Positions 36,901 to 44,300 of a stretch of DNA of 64,000 nt are shown piece by piece. This DNA is from an uncultured Verrucomicrobiota bacterium (GTDB lineage Bacteria; Verrucomicrobiota; Kiritimatiellia; CAIKKV01), in assembly GCA_964609905.1 (NCBI GenBank), contig CAZSUH010000002.1:3148-67147 (forward strand). Direction: 5' to 3'. Made by a program: the position numbers and the translations under genes. How positions within the stretch are numbered: position 1 is the stretch's first letter; each line of letters starts with the position of its first letter. The notes under the pieces are model-generated. The model made no database searches. It was not told the DNA's origin and saw only the letters and a program-made list of their open reading frames with translations.

Positions 36901-37599
36901 GTGTTGTCGGGCGGCGTGTTGACCCTGCAACAGCTCTGGAAGGCGCCGGTCAAGTCGGCGAAGCTGACGTTCACGCTGACGCATGCGGCCACCGGCTACA
37001 AGGCCTCCTATCAGGCCACCCTGAGCCGGGCCGGGGGGAGCGTGGCGATTATCGGAAAATCGGCCCTCACCAATGCCGGGACCCGCGCGGCCCAGGAACT
37101 CACGTTGGAAAACCGGACGGGCGGAAGGGTGTATGGGCTCAGGGTCCGGGCGCTGGGGTTGGACCGGGCGGCGTGGCTGATCAACCGAACCGGGCTGGAC
37201 CCGGTCAGCAAGGCGGCGATATTGGAGATCCCCTGCGTATGGCCGGCGAGTTCGCAGATGGTGGTGCGGTTGATTTACAACATTGCCTATAAGAAGCAGG
37301 CTAAGACGCGGCCGGTGACGTATGGCGCGTGGGCGATTCTGACGCCGGTGGGCGGGGCGGGCCCGGTTCACCGGGAGCTGGCGGTGGGGCAGCGGGAGTG
37401 GTATGACGGACTGTGGCTGCTCGGGTTGCCGGCCAACCGCAACCGGCGCTACACGGTCTACCACTCGGATGATAACGGGGCCACCTGGACGCCGGATGCG
37501 CCGGCGATCCGCGCGACGGCCAATTATCTGATGTGGCTGGATATGGACGAGGCGGCGCCGGAGGGGCGTCTCTACCGGGTGTTGGATACGGGGCTGTGA
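27904..37599 (+). CDS. Giant secreted multi-propeller protein (3231 aa)
   Basis: Single uninterrupted ORF. Signal peptide: MKFTFSLLFLCGLFGFMSG. About 49 tandem ~40-aa RCC1-type repeats (COG5184-like), consensus AAG..HSLALRADGTV.AWG.N.YGQT.VP.GLSNV. They are organised as seven 7-bladed propellers, each followed by an Ig-like domain with motif YQWERDG...EYRCVISNA.G..TS.VVRVTV; two of the seven modules carry a second, tandem Ig. After the repeats come an Ig/cadherin-like domain, an InlB-B-repeat-like domain (LTVNSPYGVVSRNPDQ...VFVGWSGG), an FN3-like domain, and a ~290-aa C-terminal domain of unknown function. The module period is ~1070 bp. Confidence 0.8.
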   Translation: MKFTFSLLFLCGLFGFMSGRDCDAENVVAWGNNLYGQTNVPAGLGDVRAVSAGGYHSLALRTDGTVSAWGYNVVGQTNVPSGLCNVVALGAGYAHNLALRGDGTVVAWGLNSYGQTNVPAGLSNVVAVAGGGWHSLALRADGSVVAWGYNEYGQTNVPAGLSGVTAIAAGTYHNLALRADGTVVAWGWNARGQTNVPVSVSNVVAAAAGVEHSLALKADGTVAGWGYNGYGQRSIPAGLSDVTEVAGGDYHSLALRADGSVVVWGYNSSGQTNVPAGLSNVAAIDAGDYHNLAAVEVGAPVAFPMVRQTVIGGGKCLFLRAVAAGARPMQFQWERDGEPVGGQTNAVLAVRDSLPGEKEYRCVISNAWGAVTSDTVRVTVGNLAAWGWNEYGQTALPQEVTNAVAVAAGGFHGLALRSDGTLAGWGLNGYGQAAAPAGLSNVTGVAAGYTHSLALRTDGTVMAWGENDVGQTNVPVGLSNVTAVAAGGRHCLAVRADGTLTAWGADDCGQAVPPANLSSVVAAAAGERHSLALRANGTVTVWGDNTYGQKNVPAGLRQAAAVAAGAYHCLAVRVDGTVMAWGRNTEGQTTVPAGLTNVVAVGAGWGHSVAVRADGTVTNWGLSGRGQGDIPPGLSNVTAIAGGDYHTLALLGSGAPVALPLVGQLSVAAGQMLYVRAEAAGARPMHYQWERDGNAVAGQTGAVLSVRDVVPGIKEYRCVIANARGVTTSGVARVSVANVALWGGQYLSQLNLPPGLNNAVAAAGGGSHGLALRADGTVAAWGENDYGQTAVPAGLSNAVAIAAGVRHSLALQADGAVRAWGANDSGQTNVPADLRGVTAVAAGGNHSLALEADGTVTAWGENEAGQTAVPAEVSNGVAIAAGLDHSLALRADGTVVAWGANEAGQSDVPVGLTNAVAVAAGGSHSLALRADGTIVSWGSNDLGQRNLPAGLSNGVTVAAGYRHSLALRADGTVAMAGWNEYGQQEAPPGLSNVAAVAAGWSQSLGVCGVGAPVALPMVEQAVVVAGDGLFLQAGVLGAWPLAYRWERNGEPLEAPPGAVLRVWGTVPGVGEYRCVISNAYGVTTSGVVRVTVDPLRMRTHPLRGTPYLGQTWAFAADAYGVPPIRYQWMKNGIPIVGETGTTLAVTDCGFGDSGEYRLIASNALAVATSDVARLTVVNVAAWGDNGWGQTAIPGNLTNAASVAAGENHSLALRADGTVAAWGWNGYGQTAVPAGLINMTAVAAGACHSLALRADGTVAAWGWNEYGQAAVPTGLSNVTAVAAGANHCLALAADGRVSAWGDNDYGQTNLPAGLSNVTAIAAGDIFNLALGADGRVWAWGNNDDGQTNLPAGLSNVTAIAAGVAHGLALRADGTVAAWGWNEYGQANVPAGLSNVTAVAAGSTHSLAVRADGSVMVWGHNGAGQTNAPADLRHVVAAAAGGQHALALLGTDAPAPAPMVERTVVVAGGGLFLRAGVLGAWPMAYRWERDGIPAAGQTGAVLAVNNAEMGTWNYRCAVSNAWGATTSGVVRVTVEPLRVSLHPRGGIRYLGQSWSFTGAAYGVEPIGYQWFKDGVAMAGETGTTFSVAACGLADSGDYGMVASNALGSVTSALARLAVVNVAAWGYDGQGQTDVPSDLSNAVAVSAGYVFSLALRENGRVAVWGAGGMGQWDVPAGLTNAVAVAAGYDHALALRADGTVAGWGDNTSGQATPPEGLNNVTAVAGGVDHSLALRADGTVAAWGDNGQGQTAVPGDASNVTAIAAGDRHNLALRADGTVAAWGNNYFGQTDVPAGLSNVAAVAAGGSFSLALREDGSLVAWGYNYYGQTNVPPDLLDTAAASAGGSHCLALRQSGTVEAWGNDGSGETDVPADLRHVTAVAAGGAHSLAVQWTGAPRPAPMVGEAATAPGRLLFLRAGALGGRPMAFRWECDGVPVIGSAGPVLKVEETTPGAREYRCVISNAWGVATSAVVRVTVGNLVAWGNGEEGQTDVPFDTNIAAVAAGAYHSLALRMDGSVAAWGWNGYGQTDIPAGLSNVTALAAGENHSLALRADGTVLAWGGNGSGQTNVPAGLVDVQDVAAGGAHSLALRADGTVAAWGGNEYGQTDIPTGLSNVTAIAAGENHNLALRADGTVAAWGNGGQGQTNVPVELGNAVAVAAGGYHSLALRADGTVLAWGSNNEGQTNVPAGLSNAVAVAAGEKHSLAFLADGTVMGWGDNGSGQSAPPSGLSHVTAVAAGGSHSLAVLWGAAPAPAPMVDRVETAAGRPFYLRTRALGGWPMRYQWEVNGAAIDGQTNAVLTARETSPGLREYRCVISNAWGATTSRVVSVNAACVAAWGQNEFGQADVPRGLSDVMAMSAGGYHSLALRRDGTAKAWGLNGNGQAHVPPGLSNLTAIAAGGYHNLALREDGTPVSWGNASYGLTNIPAGLTQAVAVAAGNVHNLALLANGTAAAWGYGGNGQTNVPAGLSNVTAIAAGGYHNLALRVDGSVVAWGWNEYGQTNVPAGLSNVTAVAAGLNHSLAVLADGTLVAWGRNEMGQGDIPAGLSNAVEAAGGDYHSVALRADGTLAAWGHNSDGQAVVPEGLSNGMRVAAGYYHNLAALGSGPPAVAPMVRQAELIAGQTVCLRVAASGGRPIRYQWERNGERLDGQTGAMLAVTAQALGDWEYRCVISNALGVITSGVVRVAVKPPRVSIDRTTLNVPEGGTAQFGVKLSAQPTGETVVAVARVSGDADIAVSAGASLTFTPGNWDAYQAVTLAAAEDDGDQANGAATIRCGGVDVIPAELAAIEADDDVLLTVNSPYGVVSRNPDQPYYETGSVVTLTASPRASYVFVGWSGGASGAANPAAVTMDGDKTVTANYGPVKPVVLPPRTIAAKSFTARWRWVEGGAPEGQLSVATDAAFTKPVAGYQNRYVANVSEWLVTGLRSGITYWYRVRRVLPGGELSGWSTAMKVRTGKGLPAFKNLLNDGPAARGVKQQFAVANLAAGRGVLTVKSSNLNGVKPVLSGGVLTLQQLWKAPVKSAKLTFTLTHAATGYKASYQATLSRAGGSVAIIGKSALTNAGTRAAQELTLENRTGGRVYGLRVRALGLDRAAWLINRTGLDPVSKAAILEIPCVWPASSQMVVRLIYNIAYKKQAKTRPVTYGAWAILTPVGGAGPVHRELAVGQREWYDGLWLLGLPANRNRRYTVYHSDDNGATWTPDAPAIRATANYLMWLDMDEAAPEGRLYRVLDTGL
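27970..35800 (+). repeat. In-frame tandem coding repeat array (120-bp RCC1 blade units grouped in ~1.07-kb super-repeats), containing near-identical DNA copies
   Basis: Example: ctggcgttgcgggcggacgggacggtggcggcctggggttggaacg occurs at ~31531 and ~31651. A second motif, gacgaacctgccggc.ggcttgagcaacgtgac.gccatcgcggcggg, occurs at ~31823 and ~31943. Ig-domain starts recur at ~28890, 29960, 31030, 32350, 33670, 34735 and 35805. Confidence 0.75.
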
Positions 37600-37633
37600 G
37601 GGCGGGGCGTCCGGCGGGAATGCCCGGAATGCT

Positions 37634-37662
37634 TGACAAAACGGGGGATTGCGGGTAGTTTT
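37634..37662 (+). promoter_or_regulatory. Sigma70-like promoter (TTGACA-17-TAGTTT) for the ispD operon
   Basis: Consensus -35, 17-bp spacer, then RBS AGAGAGG at 37672 and ATG at 37687. Confidence 0.45.
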
Positions 37663-37686
37663 AAGTTTCAAAGAGAGGATGTTCCC

Positions 37687-38364
37687 ATGAATTTCGGCGT
37701 TGTGGTGGCGGCCGGCAAGAGCGAGCGCATGGGCGCCGGCATCGACAAGGCCTTTTTGAATCTCGGCACCAAACCGGTTCTGGCTTTTTCCCTGCTGGCA
37801 TTCGAAAATTGCCCGGACATCGAGGGTGTCATTCTGGTGGTTCGCAAGGACCGAATGGACGCGGCGCGGGGGCTGGTTCAGATTTTCGGCTGCTCGAAAG
37901 TTCAGCGCATCGTGGCGGGCGGCGCCACGCGCCAGGAATCGGTGATCAACGGCCTGGCGGAACTTCCGGAGGGCGTGGCCCAGGTGGCCGTGCATGACGG
38001 GGCCCGGCCCTGCGTGCGGCCTGAACTGATTTCTGAAACCTTGAAAAGCGCCAAGCGGTACGGTTCAGGTGTCGCGGCCATCAAGATCACCGACACCTTG
38101 AAAGAGGTTCAGCACGGCTTTGTGGTCAGCAAAACGGTGGACCGTCAGAAACTCTGGGCGGTGCAGACGCCGCAGTCCTTCAAAACCGCCCTGTTGCAGG
38201 AGGCGTTCCGGGCGCTGAAGGCCGGGAAGTTGCAGGTGACGGACGAAGCGTCGGCCGTGGAACTGCTGGGCCAACCGGTACACCTGGTTCCCTCGTACCG
38301 GGCCAATCTGAAAATCACCACCACGGAAGATCTGGTTGTTGCCGAAGCGCTGTTGAAGACGTGA
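37687..38364 (+). CDS. ispD: 2-C-methyl-D-erythritol 4-phosphate cytidylyltransferase
   Basis: GVVVAAGKSERMG N-terminus and VHDGARP motif. Monofunctional, with no fused IspF. Confidence 0.8.
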   Translation: MNFGVVVAAGKSERMGAGIDKAFLNLGTKPVLAFSLLAFENCPDIEGVILVVRKDRMDAARGLVQIFGCSKVQRIVAGGATRQESVINGLAELPEGVAQVAVHDGARPCVRPELISETLKSAKRYGSGVAAIKITDTLKEVQHGFVVSKTVDRQKLWAVQTPQSFKTALLQEAFRALKAGKLQVTDEASAVELLGQPVHLVPSYRANLKITTTEDLVVAEALLKT

Positions 38365-38396
38365 GTGAAGGGCGGGGATGGGGAGCGAGGCATTCG

Positions 38397-39134
38397 ATGG
38401 GCGAAGGCACCAAGTACGCGATTCTCGGCGACATCCACGGCAACCTGGAGGCGCTGGAGGCGGTGTTGGCCCACGCCGCGTCGCAGGGCGTGTCCCAGTA
38501 TGCCTGCGTAGGGGATATTGTGGGCTATAATGCCTCCCCGGGCGCCTGCCTGGACCGCATCGTCGACTTGAAGTGCGTCTGCGTGCAGGGCAACCACGAT
38601 TATTTCAGCTCCCATGACGACAGCCTCAAGGGGTTCCATCCCCTCGCCGCGAGCGTGATCGAGTGGACCCGGCACGTGCTGACGGCCGCGCAGAAGGACA
38701 CGCTGCGCAAGCTGCGGCAAAAGCGCATGGCGGATGGGTTCATGCTGGTGCACAGCACGCTGGACGCCCCGGAAAAATGGGGGTATGTGTTCGACGAGCT
38801 GCAGGCCGAGGCGCATTTCGCCTACCAGACGACGGCGCTTTGTTTTCACGGGCACACGCATGTGCCGGTGGTCTTCCAGAAAAACGCGGATCGCACGATC
38901 CGCCTGCCGCCGGAGCGCATCGCGCCGGCGTTCGGGCACAAGCTGTTCATCAACGTCGGCAGCGTGGGCCAGCCCCGCGACCTGGATCCCCGCGCCTGTT
39001 ACGTCACCTGCGAGGTCGAAACGAAGACGGTGGAGTTCCACCGGGTGAGCTACGATGTGGCCGCCGCGCAAAAGCGCATTCTCGATGCCGGCCTGCCGGA
39101 GCGCCTGGCCTTGCGCCTGGCGCTGGGGAAATAA
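38397..39134 (+). CDS. Metallophosphoesterase (YfcE/MJ0936-like phosphodiesterase family)
   Basis: Motifs GDIHGN, GDIVGY, GNHD and GHTHVP. An alternative GTG start at 38361 would overlap the ispD stop (GTGA). Confidence 0.6.
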   Translation: MGEGTKYAILGDIHGNLEALEAVLAHAASQGVSQYACVGDIVGYNASPGACLDRIVDLKCVCVQGNHDYFSSHDDSLKGFHPLAASVIEWTRHVLTAAQKDTLRKLRQKRMADGFMLVHSTLDAPEKWGYVFDELQAEAHFAYQTTALCFHGHTHVPVVFQKNADRTIRLPPERIAPAFGHKLFINVGSVGQPRDLDPRACYVTCEVETKTVEFHRVSYDVAAAQKRILDAGLPERLALRLALGK

Positions 39135-39137
39135 GCG

Positions 39138-40079
39138 GTGGGCGCCTTTCGCCATCTGTTCGGACCGGTGCTTTCCAGGCGGCTGGGCCTGTCGCTCGGC
39201 ATCGACCTGGCGCCCGCGAAGACCTGTTCCTACGATTGCGTGTTCTGCCAGATCGGCCGGACGCCGGCGACCACGATCGAGCGGGCGCGTTATGTGCCCG
39301 AGTCGGACGTGCTGGCGGAATTCGACGCCTGGCTGGCGTCCGGCGGCCGCGCCGATCACCTGACGTTGGCGGGCGCGGGCGAGCCGACCCTGCATGCCGG
39401 TTTTGGCGAGGTGCTGGAGGGGCTTCGGGCGCGCAGCGCCATTCCCACCGTGCTGATGAGCAATGGATCGTTGTTTTTCATGCCCGACGTGCGGGCCGCC
39501 GCCGCGCGCGCCTCGATCGTCAAGGTTTCCTTGAGCGGATGGGACGAAGCGTCGTGGCGCCGCGTCAACCGGCCGCATGCCGCGTTGCGGTTCGAGCGGG
39601 TGCTGGAGGGGTTGCGGGCGTTCGCCTCCGGCTATGCGGGCGCGTTGTGGGTGGAGGTGTTCCTGGTGCGGGGTGTCAACGACGCGCCGGACCAGGCGGC
39701 CCGGATCGCGGCGTTGGTCAATCCGCTGCATCCCGCCCGCGTGCATCTGAACACGGTGGCACGCCCTCCGGCTGACGCTGACGCCCGAGCGGTGGACGGG
39801 GCGTCGATGCGCGCCCTGGCGGGCCTGTTCCAGCCGGCCGCGGAAACGCCGGAGGCGCCGACGCTCCGCGCGGGGCCGGCGGAGGGCGCCTCGGGCGGGT
39901 TGCTGGAGACAGTGGTCCGCCATCCCGCCACGCTGGAACAACTGGCCCTGTCCCTGAATCGGGATGTCGATGGGCTGGCGGCGGAGTTGCGGGAGCTGGA
40001 GCGGGCGGGACGGGTGGAACGGTGCGAGGCGGGCGGCGCCGTGTTTTACCGGGGGGCGGTCAATCCATCCGCGGGTTGA
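39138..40079 (+). CDS. Radical SAM domain protein, function unknown
   Basis: CSYDCVFCQ (CX3CX2C) near the N-terminus and a glycine-rich SAM motif AGAGEPTLH. GTG start 4 nt after the upstream stop. Confidence 0.6.
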   Translation: MGAFRHLFGPVLSRRLGLSLGIDLAPAKTCSYDCVFCQIGRTPATTIERARYVPESDVLAEFDAWLASGGRADHLTLAGAGEPTLHAGFGEVLEGLRARSAIPTVLMSNGSLFFMPDVRAAAARASIVKVSLSGWDEASWRRVNRPHAALRFERVLEGLRAFASGYAGALWVEVFLVRGVNDAPDQAARIAALVNPLHPARVHLNTVARPPADADARAVDGASMRALAGLFQPAAETPEAPTLRAGPAEGASGGLLETVVRHPATLEQLALSLNRDVDGLAAELRELERAGRVERCEAGGAVFYRGAVNPSAG

Positions 40080-41241
40080 TATGGCCGGTGGCGGGATCGA
40101 CCAGTTTTTCCATGTAGCGTTCGATTTCCGTGTCGTACTCGGCGTCGATATCCATTTTCGCGAACTGGCGCTGGACGCCGCGCAGGCCCCGCATACTGCC
40201 GGAGGCTTCGCGGGCGGAGCGGAAACGCTGCCGGGGATTCGGGTGAAGCATTTTTCTGAGGATGGACAGGAGCAGGTCGTTCTCCACCACGTACGGCGGG
40301 AGCCAGGTTTCGATCCGGGCGGGTAGCGCGAGTTTGGCCGCGAGCAGATCCTCGTCCCGGGATAGCGCGGGATCGATCGGGATCCGGCCGCCGAGCAGTT
40401 CCACGGCCAACAGGCCGAGGCTGTACATGTCCGACTGGGGCAGGCCGGGTTCGAGGCGGTGGATTTCCGGGGCCATGTAGAGGGGGCTTCCGAGCTGGAT
40501 GCTGACGCATTCCCCGATCCGGGCGGCGCGGCCGAAATCGACGCTGCGAATGCCGCCGTTGCGGTCCACCATGATGTTGGAAGGCTTGATGTCGCCGTGC
40601 AGGAACCCGGCTTCATGCAGTTCCTCGAGTCCGGCCAGCACCTCCCTCAGGATATGGACCGCGATGCCCGGCGTGAGCAGAATCCGGTCGCCCTGGAGGC
40701 GGAAGATGACGTTCATGAAGTGCTGCCATTCCTCGTCCGAGCTCTGGCCGCGGGCGATCGCGATGTGGCCGGCGCTGAGGAAATACTGGAGATTGATGCC
40801 GTCCACGGCGTTCATCTGGACGAAGCCGATTCCGTCGCATTCGTCGTACAGGTCGCAGGCGATGAGGTTGTCGTGGTGGGTCGGCTGCAGGAGCGAGATC
40901 TGGGCGGCGATGCGCTCCATGTCGGTCCAGTAGCGTTCGGCGCTGGAGTAGATGGAGGGGTCGAAGAACTTCAACGCGTGGCGGGTGCGGCAGCCGCGGG
41001 CGCCCTGTCGGACGGCGAGGAAGACGATGCCCTGGCGCCCTTTGCCGAGTGCCTGGATGAAATGGTAGGCCACCGGATGTCGCAGCACGCCCTCCCGGAC
41101 GATGGTCGCGTAGGCGCCGATCAGATTCAGGCGTTCGGCATCCGGGGAAACCCGCGGATCCGATTCCTCCAGAATCGTGGCGGGCGGAAGTTCAGTGAAT
41201 CGGCTGGTGGCGCCGGGATTGGGAACTGGTTCTGTGGTCAT
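40060..41241 (-). CDS. Hanks-type serine/threonine protein kinase
   Basis: HGDIKPSNIMV catalytic loop, DFG, SPLYMAPE and ALKFF (VAIK-like) motifs. Its 3' end overlaps the convergent radical SAM gene by ~20 bp. Confidence 0.75.
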   Translation of the reverse strand: MTTEPVPNPGATSRFTELPPATILEESDPRVSPDAERLNLIGAYATIVREGVLRHPVAYHFIQALGKGRQGIVFLAVRQGARGCRTRHALKFFDPSIYSSAERYWTDMERIAAQISLLQPTHHDNLIACDLYDECDGIGFVQMNAVDGINLQYFLSAGHIAIARGQSSDEEWQHFMNVIFRLQGDRILLTPGIAVHILREVLAGLEELHEAGFLHGDIKPSNIMVDRNGGIRSVDFGRAARIGECVSIQLGSPLYMAPEIHRLEPGLPQSDMYSLGLLAVELLGGRIPIDPALSRDEDLLAAKLALPARIETWLPPYVVENDLLLSILRKMLHPNPRQRFRSAREASGSMRGLRGVQRQFAKMDIDAEYDTEIERYMEKLVDPATGHINPRMD

Positions 41242-41355
41242 ACGATTCCGGACGGCGCCAGGGTGGGAAAGTGCGCCAATTCAGACTATCCTATGGCTAT
41301 TTCCGGCGGAATGCAATAGTATTGCGTTTTTATCGGGACGAGACACGGAGTACGC

Positions 41356-44300
41356 ATGATCGGCTTTCTGAAAAAACTGTTTGGAACGAAAAGCCAGCGC
41401 GACCTCAAACTGATGCGCCCGCTGGTGGCGCGGATCAACGAAATCGAGGCGGGCTACCAGCGCCTCACCGAGGCGGAGCTGGTCGGCAAAACCGCCGAAT
41501 TCCGGGCGCGCCTGGCGGCGGGCGAGTCGCTGGACGGTCTGTTGCCCGAAGCCTTCGCCACGGTCAAGAACGCGTGCCGGCGCCTGACGGGCCGGGAGTT
41601 CGAGGTGTGCGGTCACAAGCGCGTGTGGGATATGGTGCCGTTCGATACCCAGCTCATGGGCGGCATCGGCCTGCACCAGGGGAAGATCGCCGAGATGGCC
41701 ACGGGCGAGGGCAAGACCCTGGTGGCCACGCTGCCGCTCTACCTGAACGCGCTCACGGGCAAGCCCGTGCACCTGGTCACCGTGAACGATTACCTGGCCA
41801 AGCGCGACTCGGAGTGGATGGGCAGCGTATTCAAATTCCTGGGCCTGACCTGCGGTTGCATCCAGAACACGATGTCCCCGGCGGAGCGCCGCTCGGAATA
41901 CGCGAAGGACATCACCTACGGGACCAACAGCGAGTTCGGCTTCGATTATCTGCGCGACAACGGCATGGCGTTCCGCCCGGAGGACCAGGTGCAGCGGGGC
42001 CACTATTTCGCCATCGTGGACGAGGTGGACAGCATCCTGATCGACGAGGCCCGCACTCCGCTCATCATTTCCGGCCCGTCGCCGGAATCGACGCACCAGT
42101 ACGACAAGCTTAAACCCCGGGTCGAACGGCTGGTCCGGCAGCAGGCGGAAATTTGCGGCCGCCTCATGCAGGAGGTCCGGGATCTGCTTCCCCTGGTCGC
42201 GCCCGGCGCGGCCGAGGCGGGAGAAAAGGGGGGAAACGGGAAGACGGGCAAGACGCCCGAACTGACTCCGGACGAGGCTGTCGAGCGGGTCCGCTTCAAC
42301 CTCTACAAGGTCTTTCACGGCATGCCCAAGCACAAGCAGTTCCTGCATCTGCTTGAAATCCCGGCCATTCGCACGCTCCACGAAAAGGTGGAGAACGCGA
42401 TGCTGACGGACATGAACAAGGAAGTGGCGCGCGCGCTCACGGAGGAGCTGTTCTTCTCGATGGACGAGCGGGGGCATGACGCCAGCCTGACCGAGAAGGG
42501 CTGCAAGGAGCTGAACCCCGCCGACCCCGACGCCTACGTGCTGCCCGACATCGTGGCCTCGATGTCCGAGATCGACGGCAACGCGGCGCTCGACCTGCCG
42601 GCCAAAACCGAGGCCAAGCAGAAGGTGCAGCAGGTGTTCGCCGAGCGCAGCGAGCGGATTCAGAACGTGGACCAGCTCATCCGGGCGTTCTGTCTGTACG
42701 AAAAGGACGTTCACTACGTGGTGATGAACAACCAGGTGCTGATCGTGGACGAGTTCACGGGACGCATCCTGCCGGGCCGCCGGTGGAGCGACGGCCTGCA
42801 CCAGGCGGTGGAGGCCAAGGAAGGCGTCAAGATCGAGCAGGAGACGCAGACGCTGGCCACGATCACGATCCAGAACTATTTCCGCATGTACGAGAAGCTG
42901 GCCGGCATGACCGGCACGGCGGAGACCGAGGCGGACGAGTTTTTCCAGATTTACAAACTCGACGTCCTGGTGGTTCCCACGAACCGGCCGGTCCGGCGGG
43001 TGGACAACAACGACCGGGTGTACAAGACCAAGCGCGAGAAATACAAGGCCATCATCGACGAAATCGTGGCCTGCCACCAGCGGGGCCAGCCGGTGCTGGT
43101 GGGCACGATCTCGGTCGAAACCTCCGAGTTGCTCGGCCGCATGCTGCGCAGCGCGGGCGTGCTGAACGTCAATGTGCTCAACGCCAAATACCACGAGCGG
43201 GAAGCCCAGATCGTGGCGGACGCGGGCCAGAAGGGCGCCATCACGATCGCCACGAACATGGCCGGCCGAGGCACGGACATCAAGCTGGGCGAGGGCGTGG
43301 TGCCGTTCGACCGCTCGATCATCACCTCGCCGCTGGCCCTGTCCGACAAGATGCCGGACGGCGTGTCGCTCCGCAAGTTCCTGGAGGAGCATCCCGCCGG
43401 CCTGCACGTGATAGGCACCGAGCGCCACGAATCGCGCCGGATCGACCGCCAGTTGCGCGGCCGCTGCGCCCGGCAGGGCGATCCCGGCTCCTCGCGCTTC
43501 TACACGTCGCTCGAAGATGACCTGATGCGGCTGTTCTGCCCCGACCGGGTGGCGCGCCTGTTGACGCGCTGGGGGCTGGAGGAGGGGCAAGAGCTGGAAA
43601 GCTCCATCCTGACCCGCTCCATCGAAAACGCGCAGCGCCGGGTGGAGCAGCATAACTTCAGCATCCGCAAACGGACGCTCCAATACGACGACGTGATGAA
43701 CAAGCAGCGGAACATCGTTTACAAGCTGCGCGGCGACATTGTCCGGTCGGCCGAAGTGACGGAGCAGTTGTTCGACATGATCGAGGATACGGTCCTGGCC
43801 CGGGCCGAGGAGATGCTGCTGGACGGCAATCCGGAAACCATCCGGTCCTTCCTGGAATGGTTCCAGATGACGTTCCCGGTTCCGCTGCCGCGCGAGGAGA
43901 TCAAGACGGACAAGGCGTTTATCGAGCCGTTCTGCGAGGGCCTCATGGCGCGCATCCGGGAAGCCTACCAGGTCAAGGCGGCCGCCGCCGATCCGCGCAC
44001 GGTGGGGATGTTCGAGCGGTTCATCATGCTGCGCGCCATCGACATGAACTGGCAGGATTATCTGCGGAGCATGGACCAGTTGCGCGAAGGCATCGGGCTG
44101 CGGGCCTACGGGCAGCGCGATCCGCTGATCGAATACAAGAAAGAGGCGTTCGAGATGTTCGGCGTGCTGATGGCGAACATCCGCCAGGAAGTGGCCGCCA
44201 ACCTGTTCCGGCTGGCGCCGATGGCCGTGCCGATGGCGCCCCGCGCGACCCGCGTCGTGCACGAGAGCGTGCAGACCCTTGGCGCCGCGAGCGGCGGCGA

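Noticed and set aside
28000-37995. Numerous 70-480-aa ORFs on the minus strand and in alternative plus frames inside the giant gene (for example 31330..32523, 33634..35097, 35176..36324, 36571..37995), many Pro/Arg-rich
   Set aside because: They are by-products of the GC-rich repetitive coding sequence. Their repeats mirror the sense-strand RCC1 period and they carry no independent start or RBS context.
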